Positions 18,494 through 27,774 of a DNA stretch of 64,000 bases are shown here, in pieces. A program made the translations under genes and the position numbers. The stretch's first letter is position 1. Each line of letters begins with the position of its first letter. Source of the stretch: Chloroflexota bacterium (GTDB lineage: Bacteria; Chloroflexota; Anaerolineae; Aggregatilineales; J027); the NCBI GenBank assembly GCA_016234595.1, contig JACRBG010000001.1, positions 10,810 to 74,809 on the forward strand, written 5' to 3'. Under the pieces are notes generated by a model, which had not been told where the DNA came from, did no database searches, and worked only from the letters and a program-made list of their open reading frames with translations.

Positions 18494-19966
18494 TTATAAC
18501 ACAGGTGCATGCGGGCTACGCGCGATAAATTGGCCTTTGCCTTTTTCGCCCACCCATTTATCCCCATCCACAATTTTCTTGCCGCGCAGATAGACCTGCA
18601 CCGGAACACCACGTACTCGCATCCCCTCATACACATTGTAGTCCACACGCATATGGTGGGTCTTGGCGCTGATGGTGTGTTCCTTGTTCGGGTCCCACAC
18701 CACAATATCGGCGTCCGCGCCAACGGCAATTGTGCCCTTGCGTGGATACATACCAAAGATGCGAGCAGGGTTGGTGCAGTTGAGTTCAACAAAGCGACTG
18801 GGGCTGAACCGACCGCCATTGACGCCATGATGCCACATGACCATCATGCGATCTTCCAAACCGGGCATCCCGTTAGGAATCTTAGCAAAATTGCCTTTGC
18901 CCAATTCTTTGCCCGGGCGACGATAGGAGGGGTCTTGGGCTTCAAAACCGACCCAATTGCCACCGTGCTTTTGATGCCATTCTTGCCACGGCCCTTTGCC
19001 GCCTTCATACCAAAAGTCACAGTGGTCGGTACTGACAACTTGCAGAGTGCTGTCGCGCAGGGCTTTCCACAATACCTGCTGGTCATGTTTGGTACGGATA
19101 GGTGGGGAACAGACAAATTTCGCACCTTCAAAGCCGGGGGCCGCTAAATGTTCTTCAACGGTCAGGAATAAATATTGGGTGCAGGTTTCACCCATGACCG
19201 GATAACCCAATGCCCGACCCCGTTGTAAGGCTTGAATTGAGGATTCGCAGGTCATATGCACCACATACAATGAGCAACCCGTCAACCCGGCCATCATCAC
19301 AGCACGATTGGTCGCTTCACCTTCGATTTCCGGTGGGCGTGAGCTGGCATGATATTTAGGGTCAGTCTTGCCATCAGCGATTAGTTGAGGTGTCAATTGG
19401 GCTTCGACATCCCCATTTTCGGCGTGTACCATCACAATCATGCCGTTTTTGGCAGCGACCTGCATAGCCTTGAACAGGGTGGTATCATCTACCATGAAGA
19501 CATTCTTATAGGCCATAAACAGCTTGAGACTGGTCACGCCCTCATTTAGCAGCGAAGGGATTTCCTCCAATACATCTTGGCGCAAATCAGTGATGGCAAG
19601 GTGAAAGCCATAGTCCACACAAGCGATTTGGGCCTTCTTGCGCCACGTTTTGAGGCCATCGGCCAGACTGCCACCTTTGGGTTGAATCACAAAGTCAATA
19701 TGACCCGTTGTGCCACCAAATGCCGCCGCAATGTGACCGCTTTCAAAATCGTCGTTACTATCCGTGCCACCAAACGGCAGATCGAGATGGGTGTGGACAT
19801 CAATCCCACCCGACATTAAATATTTGTTAGTGCAATCCACTACCGTATGACCAGCAGGAGGAATGTCGCGCCCAATTAGGCTAACGACTTCCCCCTCCAC
19901 CAGTACATCGGCTTTGACCATATCACTCGCTGTGATGACCGTGCCATTTTTAAATAAAGTCCCCAT
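18494..19966 (-). CDS. Dihydropyrimidinase / D-hydantoinase (cyclic amidohydrolase)
   Basis: 490 aa. 'GGIDVHTHLDLPFGGT' is the HxH metal site. Overall similarity to dihydropyrimidinase/hydantoinase, including 'ADIVVWDP' near the C-terminus. Confidence 0.8.
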   Translation of the reverse strand: MGTLFKNGTVITASDMVKADVLVEGEVVSLIGRDIPPAGHTVVDCTNKYLMSGGIDVHTHLDLPFGGTDSNDDFESGHIAAAFGGTTGHIDFVIQPKGGSLADGLKTWRKKAQIACVDYGFHLAITDLRQDVLEEIPSLLNEGVTSLKLFMAYKNVFMVDDTTLFKAMQVAAKNGMIVMVHAENGDVEAQLTPQLIADGKTDPKYHASSRPPEIEGEATNRAVMMAGLTGCSLYVVHMTCESSIQALQRGRALGYPVMGETCTQYLFLTVEEHLAAPGFEGAKFVCSPPIRTKHDQQVLWKALRDSTLQVVSTDHCDFWYEGGKGPWQEWHQKHGGNWVGFEAQDPSYRRPGKELGKGNFAKIPNGMPGLEDRMMVMWHHGVNGGRFSPSRFVELNCTNPARIFGMYPRKGTIAVGADADIVVWDPNKEHTISAKTHHMRVDYNVYEGMRVRGVPVQVYLRGKKIVDGDKWVGEKGKGQFIARSPHAPVL

Positions 19967-20017
19967 ACAAACTGCTCCTTTGAGTGAGGATACGAGAATG
20001 AAGCTATATCTTAAAAT

Positions 20018-21025
20018 TTAGCGAACAGCCGATTTTTGAAAGGCGGGGAGAACATGTTTACCGTACTGCTCGACAATGTATTCTTCCTCGCCACACATCA
20101 GATAGATATTGAACTGGGTCACACCCTTCGATTCCAGTTCATGAATTTTCTCAATGTGTTTGTCAATTGGGCCTAACACACCAAAGCTGTCAATAACATC
20201 ATTCGTGATGAAATCCAGATGGTCAGCGTCTTTATCAGCGTGGTGGCGATAATCATAGCCCTTGCGTCCAGCAATATAGTCGGTCAGGGATTGGGGGATA
20301 CCACCACCCGTGTGGTATTTTTCAACCAAATCAGCTACATGATTCCCTACCATTGCTGGGAACCAGCGCGTTTGGGCACGGCATTTCGCCATATCATCAG
20401 AAACGAATACCGGAGCAGCCGCACATACTCTCAATTTTGAGGAATCGCGCCCTGCTGCATCCGCCGCCTCACGGAATTGAGTGATAAACCAATCACATAG
20501 GAAGGGATCGGCCAATTGGATGATAAGCCCATCCCCATGCTGGCCTGCCGTCTTAAGGGCCAATGGGCCATAGGCAGCAATCCAAATCGGCATATCATAG
20601 TGTGACCAAGTCAGTGTTGTGGGATACTCCGCAACAGATGCTTCCTCACCGCGCGTCAATTTACGCACTGTCTCTACAAATTCACCCATCTCGGCATAGG
20701 TCACGGGTTTACGCCCCAACATGCGCTGGGAGCTATCTCCACGCCCCACACCCATATCAATCCGTCCACCACTGAGGATAGCAAGAGTGGCGTGCATACT
20801 CGCCGTCACTGACCAATCGCGAATCGCGGGGTTGGTGACAAATGGCCCAAAGCGAACATGTTTGGTATGTTGACTGGCCGCAGCCATAAACGCATAGCAA
20901 TCTTGCCAAAGAACATGGGAATCAAAAAACCATACGTAATCGAACCCGGCGGCTTCGGCCTGTTTAATTAGGCTGAGGGTACGCTCTGGCCCGATGTCGC
21001 CCTTAAATGTAATTCCAAATTCCAT
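20018..21025 (-). CDS. LLM-class (luciferase-like) flavin/F420-dependent oxidoreductase of the Mer (methylene-H4MPT reductase) family
   Basis: 335 aa. N-terminus 'MEFGITF...LIKQAEAAGFDYVWFFDH...FGPFVTNP...GVGRGD' aligns closely with methylene-H4MPT reductase and F420-dependent LLM proteins. Confidence 0.75.
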   Translation of the reverse strand: MEFGITFKGDIGPERTLSLIKQAEAAGFDYVWFFDSHVLWQDCYAFMAAASQHTKHVRFGPFVTNPAIRDWSVTASMHATLAILSGGRIDMGVGRGDSSQRMLGRKPVTYAEMGEFVETVRKLTRGEEASVAEYPTTLTWSHYDMPIWIAAYGPLALKTAGQHGDGLIIQLADPFLCDWFITQFREAADAAGRDSSKLRVCAAAPVFVSDDMAKCRAQTRWFPAMVGNHVADLVEKYHTGGGIPQSLTDYIAGRKGYDYRHHADKDADHLDFITNDVIDSFGVLGPIDKHIEKIHELESKGVTQFNIYLMCGEEEYIVEQYGKHVLPAFQKSAVR

Positions 21026-21134
21026 AACTAAACTCCTGCATATTTTTTAGTGTGGTGTTAATTAGTGGGTACAGAGGGGAGGCCTCACCAGACCACCCCT
21101 GAATTTTACCTATGCACAAATTGGCAGGCGGAAA

Positions 21135-22586
21135 TTACAGCCAGCGTTCAATCACGACTTTGTGGTCGGTATAGAAGTGAATCGAGTCTGGCCCTTGACC
21201 ATGGGTGTCACCAAAGAATGATTCCTTTTGACCACCGAAGGGGAATGAAGCGGTTGGAGCCGCCACACCGATGTTGACACCAATATTGCCGGCATTCACA
21301 CGATACTTAAAGTCACGCGCATAGCCGCCATTGGTCGTAAAGATGCTGGCAGCATTGCCATAACGGCTGGCGTTGATAGTTTTTACGGCGGTGTCAAAAT
21401 CGGGCACATGCATAATGCTCATGACGGGGCCAAAAATTTCTTCACGGGCGAGGGTCATATCAGCTTGTACACCATCAAAAATGGTGGGGCCAACAAAATT
21501 ACCATCTTCAAAGCCAGCCACTTTGACGCCACGTCCATCCAAAATCAACTTTGCGCCTTCTTGTACACCTTTTTCAATCATGCCTTGAATACGGGTGCGC
21601 GATTGGGCAGAAATAACTGTCCCCATCTGGCTCCCCTCGTCCAAACCATAGCCAACCCGCATACGTGAGGCTCGGTCTACAAGGGTCTTCTTGAGAGGTT
21701 CATAGACATCTCCAACGGCAACAATCACTGAGCCAGCCAAACAGCGTTGACCTGCACAGCCATAAACTGACCCCATAATATTGGCAACGGCCTTGTCCAA
21801 ATCGGCATCGGGCATAACAGCAATATAGTTCTTGGCGCCGCCCTGTACCTGTACCCGCTTGCCATATTTGGCGGAGGTCTCATAGATGATCTTGCCAACG
21901 TGAGTCGAACCAACAAACGAAATGCCCCGTACATCAGGATGAGCCATCAATGCATGGGCGCTATCCGCTCCACCATGCACCATATTGACCACGCCTTCGG
22001 GCAAACCCACCTCGTCCAGAATTTCAAACAGCAGTTCCGAACTGAGGGGCGTTTGAGGGGAGGGTTTCAATACAAAGGTGTTTCCACAGGCAATTGCCAC
22101 AGGCAAGAACCACAAAGGCACCATCATGGGGAAGTTGAAGGGCGTAATCGCGGCGAAAACCCCCATAGGTTGACGCTCGGCAGTTTCGTCAATGCCGGAA
22201 GAAATATCTTCGACTTTGAAGCCGGTCATTAAGGCAGGTACGCCAAATGCAAATTCAACACTTTCGATACCGCGCCGCACTTCACCACGGGCTTCGTCAA
22301 TTGTCTTGCCGTTTTCTTTTACCACCATCTCGGCGAGGTCATTAAAACGCTCTTCGAGCAAATTCTTGAAAGCATACATATAACGGGTACGGCTCAAAAT
22401 GGGGGTCTGGCGCCATTCTATATAGGCTTCAGCAGCAGCCCGTACCACATCATCTACATCCGCGTTCGTTGAATCGGGGGTCTCCGCCATCAATTCGCAT
22501 GTTGCTGGATTCACCACCGGGGTATATTTTTCGGTAGAGGCCTCTACCCATTCGCCATTGAAATAATTTTTTAGTTTCCTTGCCAT
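21135..22586 (-). CDS. mmsA: (Methyl)malonate-semialdehyde dehydrogenase, CoA-acylating
   Basis: 483 aa in the aldehyde dehydrogenase superfamily. The catalytic block 'CAGQRCLA' and the 'FVLKPS' region are characteristic of MmsA/IolA. Confidence 0.8.
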   Translation of the reverse strand: MARKLKNYFNGEWVEASTEKYTPVVNPATCELMAETPDSTNADVDDVVRAAAEAYIEWRQTPILSRTRYMYAFKNLLEERFNDLAEMVVKENGKTIDEARGEVRRGIESVEFAFGVPALMTGFKVEDISSGIDETAERQPMGVFAAITPFNFPMMVPLWFLPVAIACGNTFVLKPSPQTPLSSELLFEILDEVGLPEGVVNMVHGGADSAHALMAHPDVRGISFVGSTHVGKIIYETSAKYGKRVQVQGGAKNYIAVMPDADLDKAVANIMGSVYGCAGQRCLAGSVIVAVGDVYEPLKKTLVDRASRMRVGYGLDEGSQMGTVISAQSRTRIQGMIEKGVQEGAKLILDGRGVKVAGFEDGNFVGPTIFDGVQADMTLAREEIFGPVMSIMHVPDFDTAVKTINASRYGNAASIFTTNGGYARDFKYRVNAGNIGVNIGVAAPTASFPFGGQKESFFGDTHGQGPDSIHFYTDHKVVIERWL

Positions 22587-22799
22587 ATGCCATGCTCCTG
22601 CAATTACTACCGAGAGGTATTCTAATGCACTAGTTGCGTCGAAAGTCTGACAATGATACCCCTATCTGGCATATTTAAACAAACATATGTTTCGACAGAT
22701 GCGGATTGTGTTGTAGAATTTGGCGCAATGATTTATATTGATTGTAATCTACTATTTAAAATATCCTTAAACTTTTGTTTGGTAAAGTGTTGTTGAAGT

Positions 22800-23792
22800 A
22801 TGTCTACCGTATCCGATAGCCAACCCAATCCGCCTACACCTTCCAAAATCCGATATAACCTCCAAGAATTTTTGGATGGCACAGGCGGAACAGTGTTGTA
22901 TTTTATTGCCATCTTGCTTTGTCTCATTGGTGCATGGGAGGGCGCTAAATTTATAGGCCAAGAAACTGACTATCAGTTCGAGCTTGGCCCCATCAAGATT
23001 AACCTCTCCATGACCCGTGACCTGAATATGCCCCATCTCAAAGATATTGCCGAGGCCCTTTCCAAACCTTCTCAGCGCCAAGGGCCACCTCTCATCGAAA
23101 TTCTGGTCAAAAAAGCAACCTACACCCTACGCCTAGCTATCATTGGGTTTGCCATTGGCACGACCATCGGGTTAGCATTAGCCATCCTATTTGCCCATTC
23201 GCGCTTATTGGAACGTGGCCTCATGCCCTATGTAGTAGCTTCACAGACCGTTCCAATTCTGGCACTAGCCCCGATGGTGATTATCTGGTCGGAAAAGCTG
23301 TTTGGCTCGCGTGAAATCGGGATGCCAATGATTACGGCTTATCTGGCCTTTTTCCCAGTAACAATCTATACCTTACGTGGCCTCAGCGACGTGCCACCCA
23401 CCGCCCTAGAACTCATGAAGTCCTATGCGGCCACCCGTCGCGAGATTTTGTGGAAACTGCGCTTTCCCAATGCTGTGCCCTATATTTTTACTGCCCTCAA
23501 AATTACTGCCCCCGCCAGTGTGGTGGGGACGATTATCGCCGAATTGCCCACAGGTATTCAGGATGGACTCGGCGGAGCGATCATCAACTTTGCCCAATAC
23601 TATATCAGCGGGCCAGCCCGTTTATGGGCTACCAATTTTGTAACGGCGATGGCCGGTATCCTGTTTTTTGTGACCGTTGCATTCACCGAGTGGTTGGTCA
23701 TCCGCTGGAAACGCCCCAGCAACCGTCTCGATAGATGGATTGATACCTTTTTCAAGTATCTCCGACATATCAGTCCTATTTCCAATGATTAA
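22800..23792 (+). CDS. ABC transporter permease (NitT/TauT/ThiX-type, binding-protein dependent)
   Basis: 330 aa and polytopic. EAA-like loop 'LMKSYAATRREILWKLRFPNAVPYIF'. It is the first gene of a divergent four-gene transporter operon. Confidence 0.75.
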   Translation: MSTVSDSQPNPPTPSKIRYNLQEFLDGTGGTVLYFIAILLCLIGAWEGAKFIGQETDYQFELGPIKINLSMTRDLNMPHLKDIAEALSKPSQRQGPPLIEILVKKATYTLRLAIIGFAIGTTIGLALAILFAHSRLLERGLMPYVVASQTVPILALAPMVIIWSEKLFGSREIGMPMITAYLAFFPVTIYTLRGLSDVPPTALELMKSYAATRREILWKLRFPNAVPYIFTALKITAPASVVGTIIAELPTGIQDGLGGAIINFAQYYISGPARLWATNFVTAMAGILFFVTVAFTEWLVIRWKRPSNRLDRWIDTFFKYLRHISPISND

Positions 23793-23829
23793 GCGTTTTT
23801 GCCTTAAATAAAGCTCTGGAAGGTGTTTT

Positions 23830-24624
23830 GTGACAGCTGTGCAAGATACTAAGACTATTATTTCTATCAAAGATTTAAATAAAGAATATGTGAGTAGTGA
23901 TGGTAAAGTCGTCCGTGCCCTCCAAAACATCAATCTAGACATCCACGAAGGCGAATTCATCTCGCTCATTGGGCCATCTGGTTGTGGTAAAAGTACCCTA
24001 CTACGGCTCATCGCTGACCTTATCCAGCCAACTAATGGGCAGTTAACCATCAATGGGCATTCAGCCAATGAAGCCCGCAAAAATCGTGAATATGGCTTCG
24101 TATTCCAAAGTGCCACCTTATATGATTGGCGCACCGTCCTAAAAAATGTCCAATTACCCCTTGAAGTCATGCGTTATTCCCGCAAGGAACGTGATCAACG
24201 AGCACGGGATATGCTCAAATTGGTTGACCTGACTGATTTCGCTGAACATTTTCCATGGCAACTTTCGGGTGGGATGCAGCAGCGCGTCAGCATTGCGCGG
24301 GCTTTGGCTTTTGAGCCGAATTTGCTATTGATGGATGAACCCTTTGGGGCATTGGATGAAATGACCCGTGAGCGCCTCAATAATGAACTATTGGAAATTT
24401 GGGGCAAAATATCGTCAATGACGGTCATTTTTGTGACCCACAATATTTCGGAGGCAGTCTATCTATCCTCGCGGGTGGTCGTTATGTCGCCACGCCCCGG
24501 ACAAATTAGCCAAATCGTGGATATTGATTTACCGCATCCACGTGGGCCCGAAACATTAGATAGCGACCGCTATTTTCATCTCATCAGTGAAGTGCGCCAT
24601 CTGCTGCGTGAGGTTCATGACTAG
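23830..24624 (+). CDS. ABC transporter ATP-binding protein (NitT/TauT family)
   Basis: 264 aa with a GTG start. Walker A 'GPSGCGKST', signature 'LSGGMQQRV' and Walker B 'LLLMDEPFGALD'. Confidence 0.85.
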   Translation: MTAVQDTKTIISIKDLNKEYVSSDGKVVRALQNINLDIHEGEFISLIGPSGCGKSTLLRLIADLIQPTNGQLTINGHSANEARKNREYGFVFQSATLYDWRTVLKNVQLPLEVMRYSRKERDQRARDMLKLVDLTDFAEHFPWQLSGGMQQRVSIARALAFEPNLLLMDEPFGALDEMTRERLNNELLEIWGKISSMTVIFVTHNISEAVYLSSRVVVMSPRPGQISQIVDIDLPHPRGPETLDSDRYFHLISEVRHLLREVHD

Positions 24625-24633
24625 GAATCAATC

Positions 24634-26505
24634 ATGACCGAACAAGCACAAAATCTCGCAGTTCCCACAACAACCTTAGAGATGGTACAGGTTGAAGTCG
24701 AGGCACAGGAAATTCCAACCCCACGACCAGATTTACGTCGTGAAGCCGCTGGTGTTATGACCCTGCTGTTTTTGATTATCACGTATCACATCCAACATCC
24801 CTTTATGCTGTTCCGTGTCCAATTTGGCGAGGGTTTCCGCGATGTACGCCAAGAAGGACTACAAGAAGCTATGTTCGTGGCTTTGCTGGCTTCGGGCCTG
24901 CTATTGATTGGCTCATGGCGCAAGTTATGGGACGACCGCAACCAAGCCGCCGGACGCCTAAGTCTAGCCATTATAGTAGGTGGACTTGCTCTCTATACCC
25001 TGCACATCTTTTTTGTGGTTTATCGGGACGCCAATATTTTTGTCAAGCTCTATAACATTAACCCAACAGTTTTTGCCGATGAATTGCAGATGACCAAAAA
25101 AGCGGCTAAAGAATTGGCTGACCCCATGAAAGCGCTACATAGCATGGCATTGCTAGGTGGAGTGGGGCTGGCATCAGCCATCTATTTGTGGTCGCCATGG
25201 GAAAGTATTGTGTACTATGCCAATGCATCTAAAAACGAGCCCGAAAAACAAACCGTCTCATTTTGGGCTGTTGGGATAAAAGACCTTGCCGGGATAGCTG
25301 TGCTAGTATTATGGGCCGTCACCTATCACCTGTTTAACCCATTATGGCTCAAAGAATCCAGCCTTGCTGAGCAATTTCATAATCAAGAGAGTCTAATGGC
25401 GTTGTTGTTATTGCTGGCGGTAGGTTTGTTATTTGGCATCCAGCGCGATGTCTGGTCAGAATACACCACACCAACAGGCCGTCTACGCATAGCAGTGGGC
25501 ATGGGTTTAGGCCTCTATGTCTTAGCCATCCTCGCGGTAGCTTGGGGAAATTCCAATCTGATCAGTGACTATTATCATGTGGACTCGGCTGTTTATAACA
25601 GTCAAGTCTTGAGTGAAGCAGGTCGCATCAAGCCACTTGAGGCCGCCGACCGAGCCGCGCTTTTGGCTGGTGTCGCACTGGCAAGTGTCATCTATTTGTG
25701 GTCGCCATGGGAGCGCCTACGACTTTATGGACAAACCTTGCGCCAAAACGTCGCCGCCATTGCCACCGCTATTCTGGTGGTAGCGGCATGGGAATATGGC
25801 GTGGATGCTTTTAAGATTGAGCAGTTTCTACTGCCAAAACCCTCAGTCATTTGGGAAACCTTTAAGGAAATCTACCCCAATCTGATTGCGGGGGGATGGT
25901 TCACCTTCCAAAATGCCCTACGTGGTTTTGCCATTGGTTGTGGGGTTGGAATTCTCACAGGGATTATTTCGGCACGGTTCCTGCGTTTTAGCAAAGCCAT
26001 CTTGCCGTTAGCCATTGCCGCCAATGCCGTGCCAATTATCGCCTTTGCGCCTATCGCCAACGCTTGGTTTGGGCTGACCAGTTCCAATTCTAAGGTGGCA
26101 ATTGTTGCCGTCTTGTGTTATTTTCCGGCGATGATTAGTACCGTCCGTGGCCTAACCAGTGTCGAACCCATTCAAATTGAACTCATGCGCTCCTATGCTG
26201 CTAGTGAACTAGAAATATTTCGGCATGTTCGTTTGCCAAACGCCTTGCCTTTCATTTTTAGCGCCCTGAAATTAGCAACCACCTTAGCCATGATTGGGGC
26301 CATCGTATCTGAGTATTTCGGGGGGACACCTAACACCGCCCTTGGTTTTAAAATTAAAAATGATGCAGCCCTGCTCAAAATGACCGAATCGTGGTCAGCC
26401 ATCATTATTGCATCGCTGTTGGGAATTGGCTTTTATACGTTCGTGTCAATGATGGAACGTACCGCGATGCCTTGGTATCGGTCTTTCCGCAGTGATTCCC
26501 GCTAG
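24634..26505 (+). CDS. ABC transporter permease fused to a ~380-aa N-terminal duplicated membrane module
   Basis: 623 aa. The C-terminal ~240 aa is a NitT/TauT-type permease ('LMRSYAASELEIFRHVRLPNALPFIF'). The N-terminal extension contains two copies of 'LASxIYLWSPWE', encoded by an exact 23-nt DNA repeat at ~25178 and ~25690. Confidence 0.7.
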   Translation: MTEQAQNLAVPTTTLEMVQVEVEAQEIPTPRPDLRREAAGVMTLLFLIITYHIQHPFMLFRVQFGEGFRDVRQEGLQEAMFVALLASGLLLIGSWRKLWDDRNQAAGRLSLAIIVGGLALYTLHIFFVVYRDANIFVKLYNINPTVFADELQMTKKAAKELADPMKALHSMALLGGVGLASAIYLWSPWESIVYYANASKNEPEKQTVSFWAVGIKDLAGIAVLVLWAVTYHLFNPLWLKESSLAEQFHNQESLMALLLLLAVGLLFGIQRDVWSEYTTPTGRLRIAVGMGLGLYVLAILAVAWGNSNLISDYYHVDSAVYNSQVLSEAGRIKPLEAADRAALLAGVALASVIYLWSPWERLRLYGQTLRQNVAAIATAILVVAAWEYGVDAFKIEQFLLPKPSVIWETFKEIYPNLIAGGWFTFQNALRGFAIGCGVGILTGIISARFLRFSKAILPLAIAANAVPIIAFAPIANAWFGLTSSNSKVAIVAVLCYFPAMISTVRGLTSVEPIQIELMRSYAASELEIFRHVRLPNALPFIFSALKLATTLAMIGAIVSEYFGGTPNTALGFKIKNDAALLKMTESWSAIIIASLLGIGFYTFVSMMERTAMPWYRSFRSDSR

Positions 26506-26572
26506 AATGGGACACCGCGTTGGACAAACTGCCTCGAGTCAAAATTAGGTTTATATCTAAAAGGAGTTTGTT

Positions 26573-27718
26573 ATGAAGCATACACGTAGAGGTTTGGTTG
26601 TGTTGTTGATGTTGTGTTTGGTGGTCGTTGGTGCTTTCCGCCCAACCGCGGAACATAAAACCGCCCAAGCGCAAGATTTGACACCCGTTCGCCTGCAACT
26701 CAAATGGGTAACTCAGGCCCAGTTCGCTGGTTACTATGCCGCTTTGAATCAGGGCTACTACGAAGAAGCAGGTCTGGATGTAGAAATTATCCCCGGCGGC
26801 CCCGACATCAGCCCACAACAGGTGCTGGCGGCTGGTGGTGCGGAATTCGCCATTGACTGGGCAGGCAGCGCTTTGGCCTCCCGTGAACAAATCGTCAACG
26901 GCGGCGGCAGTGGCCCCGTCAATGTCGCCCAAATTTTCCAACGCAGTGGTATGCGTGAAATTGCCTTCACCGACAGCGGCATCACCGGCATTCCCGATTT
27001 GGAAGGCAAGAATGTCGGCGTGTGGTTCGCAGGCAATGAACTGCCTCTCTTTGCGGCTTTGGTCGCCAACGATCTCGATCCTGAAGACCCCAATGATGTA
27101 AACGTCATTCCACAGGCCTTCGACATGGTTGCGTTCATCAATGGTGAATTGGATGCCGCCGCCGCTATGACCTACAACGAATTGGCACAGGTTTTGGAAT
27201 ATGTTGGCGAAGACGGCACTTTCCCAGTCTATACACTGGATGATTTGAACGTCATTGACCTAAACGAAGTGGGCACGGCTCTCTTGGAAGACGGCATCTA
27301 TGCCAATGAAGACTGGCTAGCGGATGAAGCCAATCAAGCCACTGCTGTTCAATTCCTAGCTGCCAGCTTCCGTGGTTGGATCTATTGCCGCGACAACCCC
27401 AGCGATTGTGTTGATTACGTCTTGGCTGAAGGTTCGGCGCTCGGTGTTGGACATCAAACATGGCAGATGAGCGAAATCAACAAACTGATTTGGCCGTCCG
27501 AATTGGGTGTGGGCCAACTCGACCCCGAATTATGGGCACGTACCGCTGACACCGCCTTGACCTATGCGGTCATCGAAAATGCAGCGGACGAAAATGCGGC
27601 CCGTACCGATCTGGCTGAGGCTGCCCTCGCTAGTCTGACCGAAGCCTTCCCCGAGCTTGACGTGAATGGCACGGACTGGGTTGCACCTGAAGTCGAAATC
27701 ACCCCTAATGGTGAATAA
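26573..27718 (+). CDS. ABC transporter substrate-binding protein, NMT1/THI5-like (ThiY/NitT/TauT family), secreted
   Basis: 381 aa. N-terminal signal peptide 'RRGLVVLLMLCLVVVGA'. A strong RBS (AAAGGAG) lies 7 nt upstream. Periplasmic-binding fold motif 'LKWVTQAQFAGYYAA'. Confidence 0.75.
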   Translation: MKHTRRGLVVLLMLCLVVVGAFRPTAEHKTAQAQDLTPVRLQLKWVTQAQFAGYYAALNQGYYEEAGLDVEIIPGGPDISPQQVLAAGGAEFAIDWAGSALASREQIVNGGGSGPVNVAQIFQRSGMREIAFTDSGITGIPDLEGKNVGVWFAGNELPLFAALVANDLDPEDPNDVNVIPQAFDMVAFINGELDAAAAMTYNELAQVLEYVGEDGTFPVYTLDDLNVIDLNEVGTALLEDGIYANEDWLADEANQATAVQFLAASFRGWIYCRDNPSDCVDYVLAEGSALGVGHQTWQMSEINKLIWPSELGVGQLDPELWARTADTALTYAVIENAADENAARTDLAEAALASLTEAFPELDVNGTDWVAPEVEITPNGE

Positions 27719-27737
27719 GAACTAGTTTTTTTCCAGA

Positions 27738-27768
27738 GGGGCGGGCAAATAAACCTGCCCCTTTTTAT
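27738..27768 (+). terminator. Rho-independent terminator after the transporter operon
   Basis: Hairpin GGGGCGGG-caaataaa-CCTGCCCC (8 bp, one G.U pair) followed by TTTTTATTT, 20 nt after the SBP stop codon. Confidence 0.5.
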
Positions 27769-27774
27769 TTCCTA

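Noticed and set aside
18316-18828. 170-aa minus-strand ORF spanning the aminotransferase/hydantoinase junction
   Set aside because: It overlaps two well-supported genes in alternative frames and its translation is low-complexity.
26405-27141. Minus-strand ORFs 26405-26941 and 26758-27141 overlapping the SBP gene
   Set aside because: The plus-strand SBP gene has a signal peptide, a strong RBS and family motifs. The antisense ORFs have no support.
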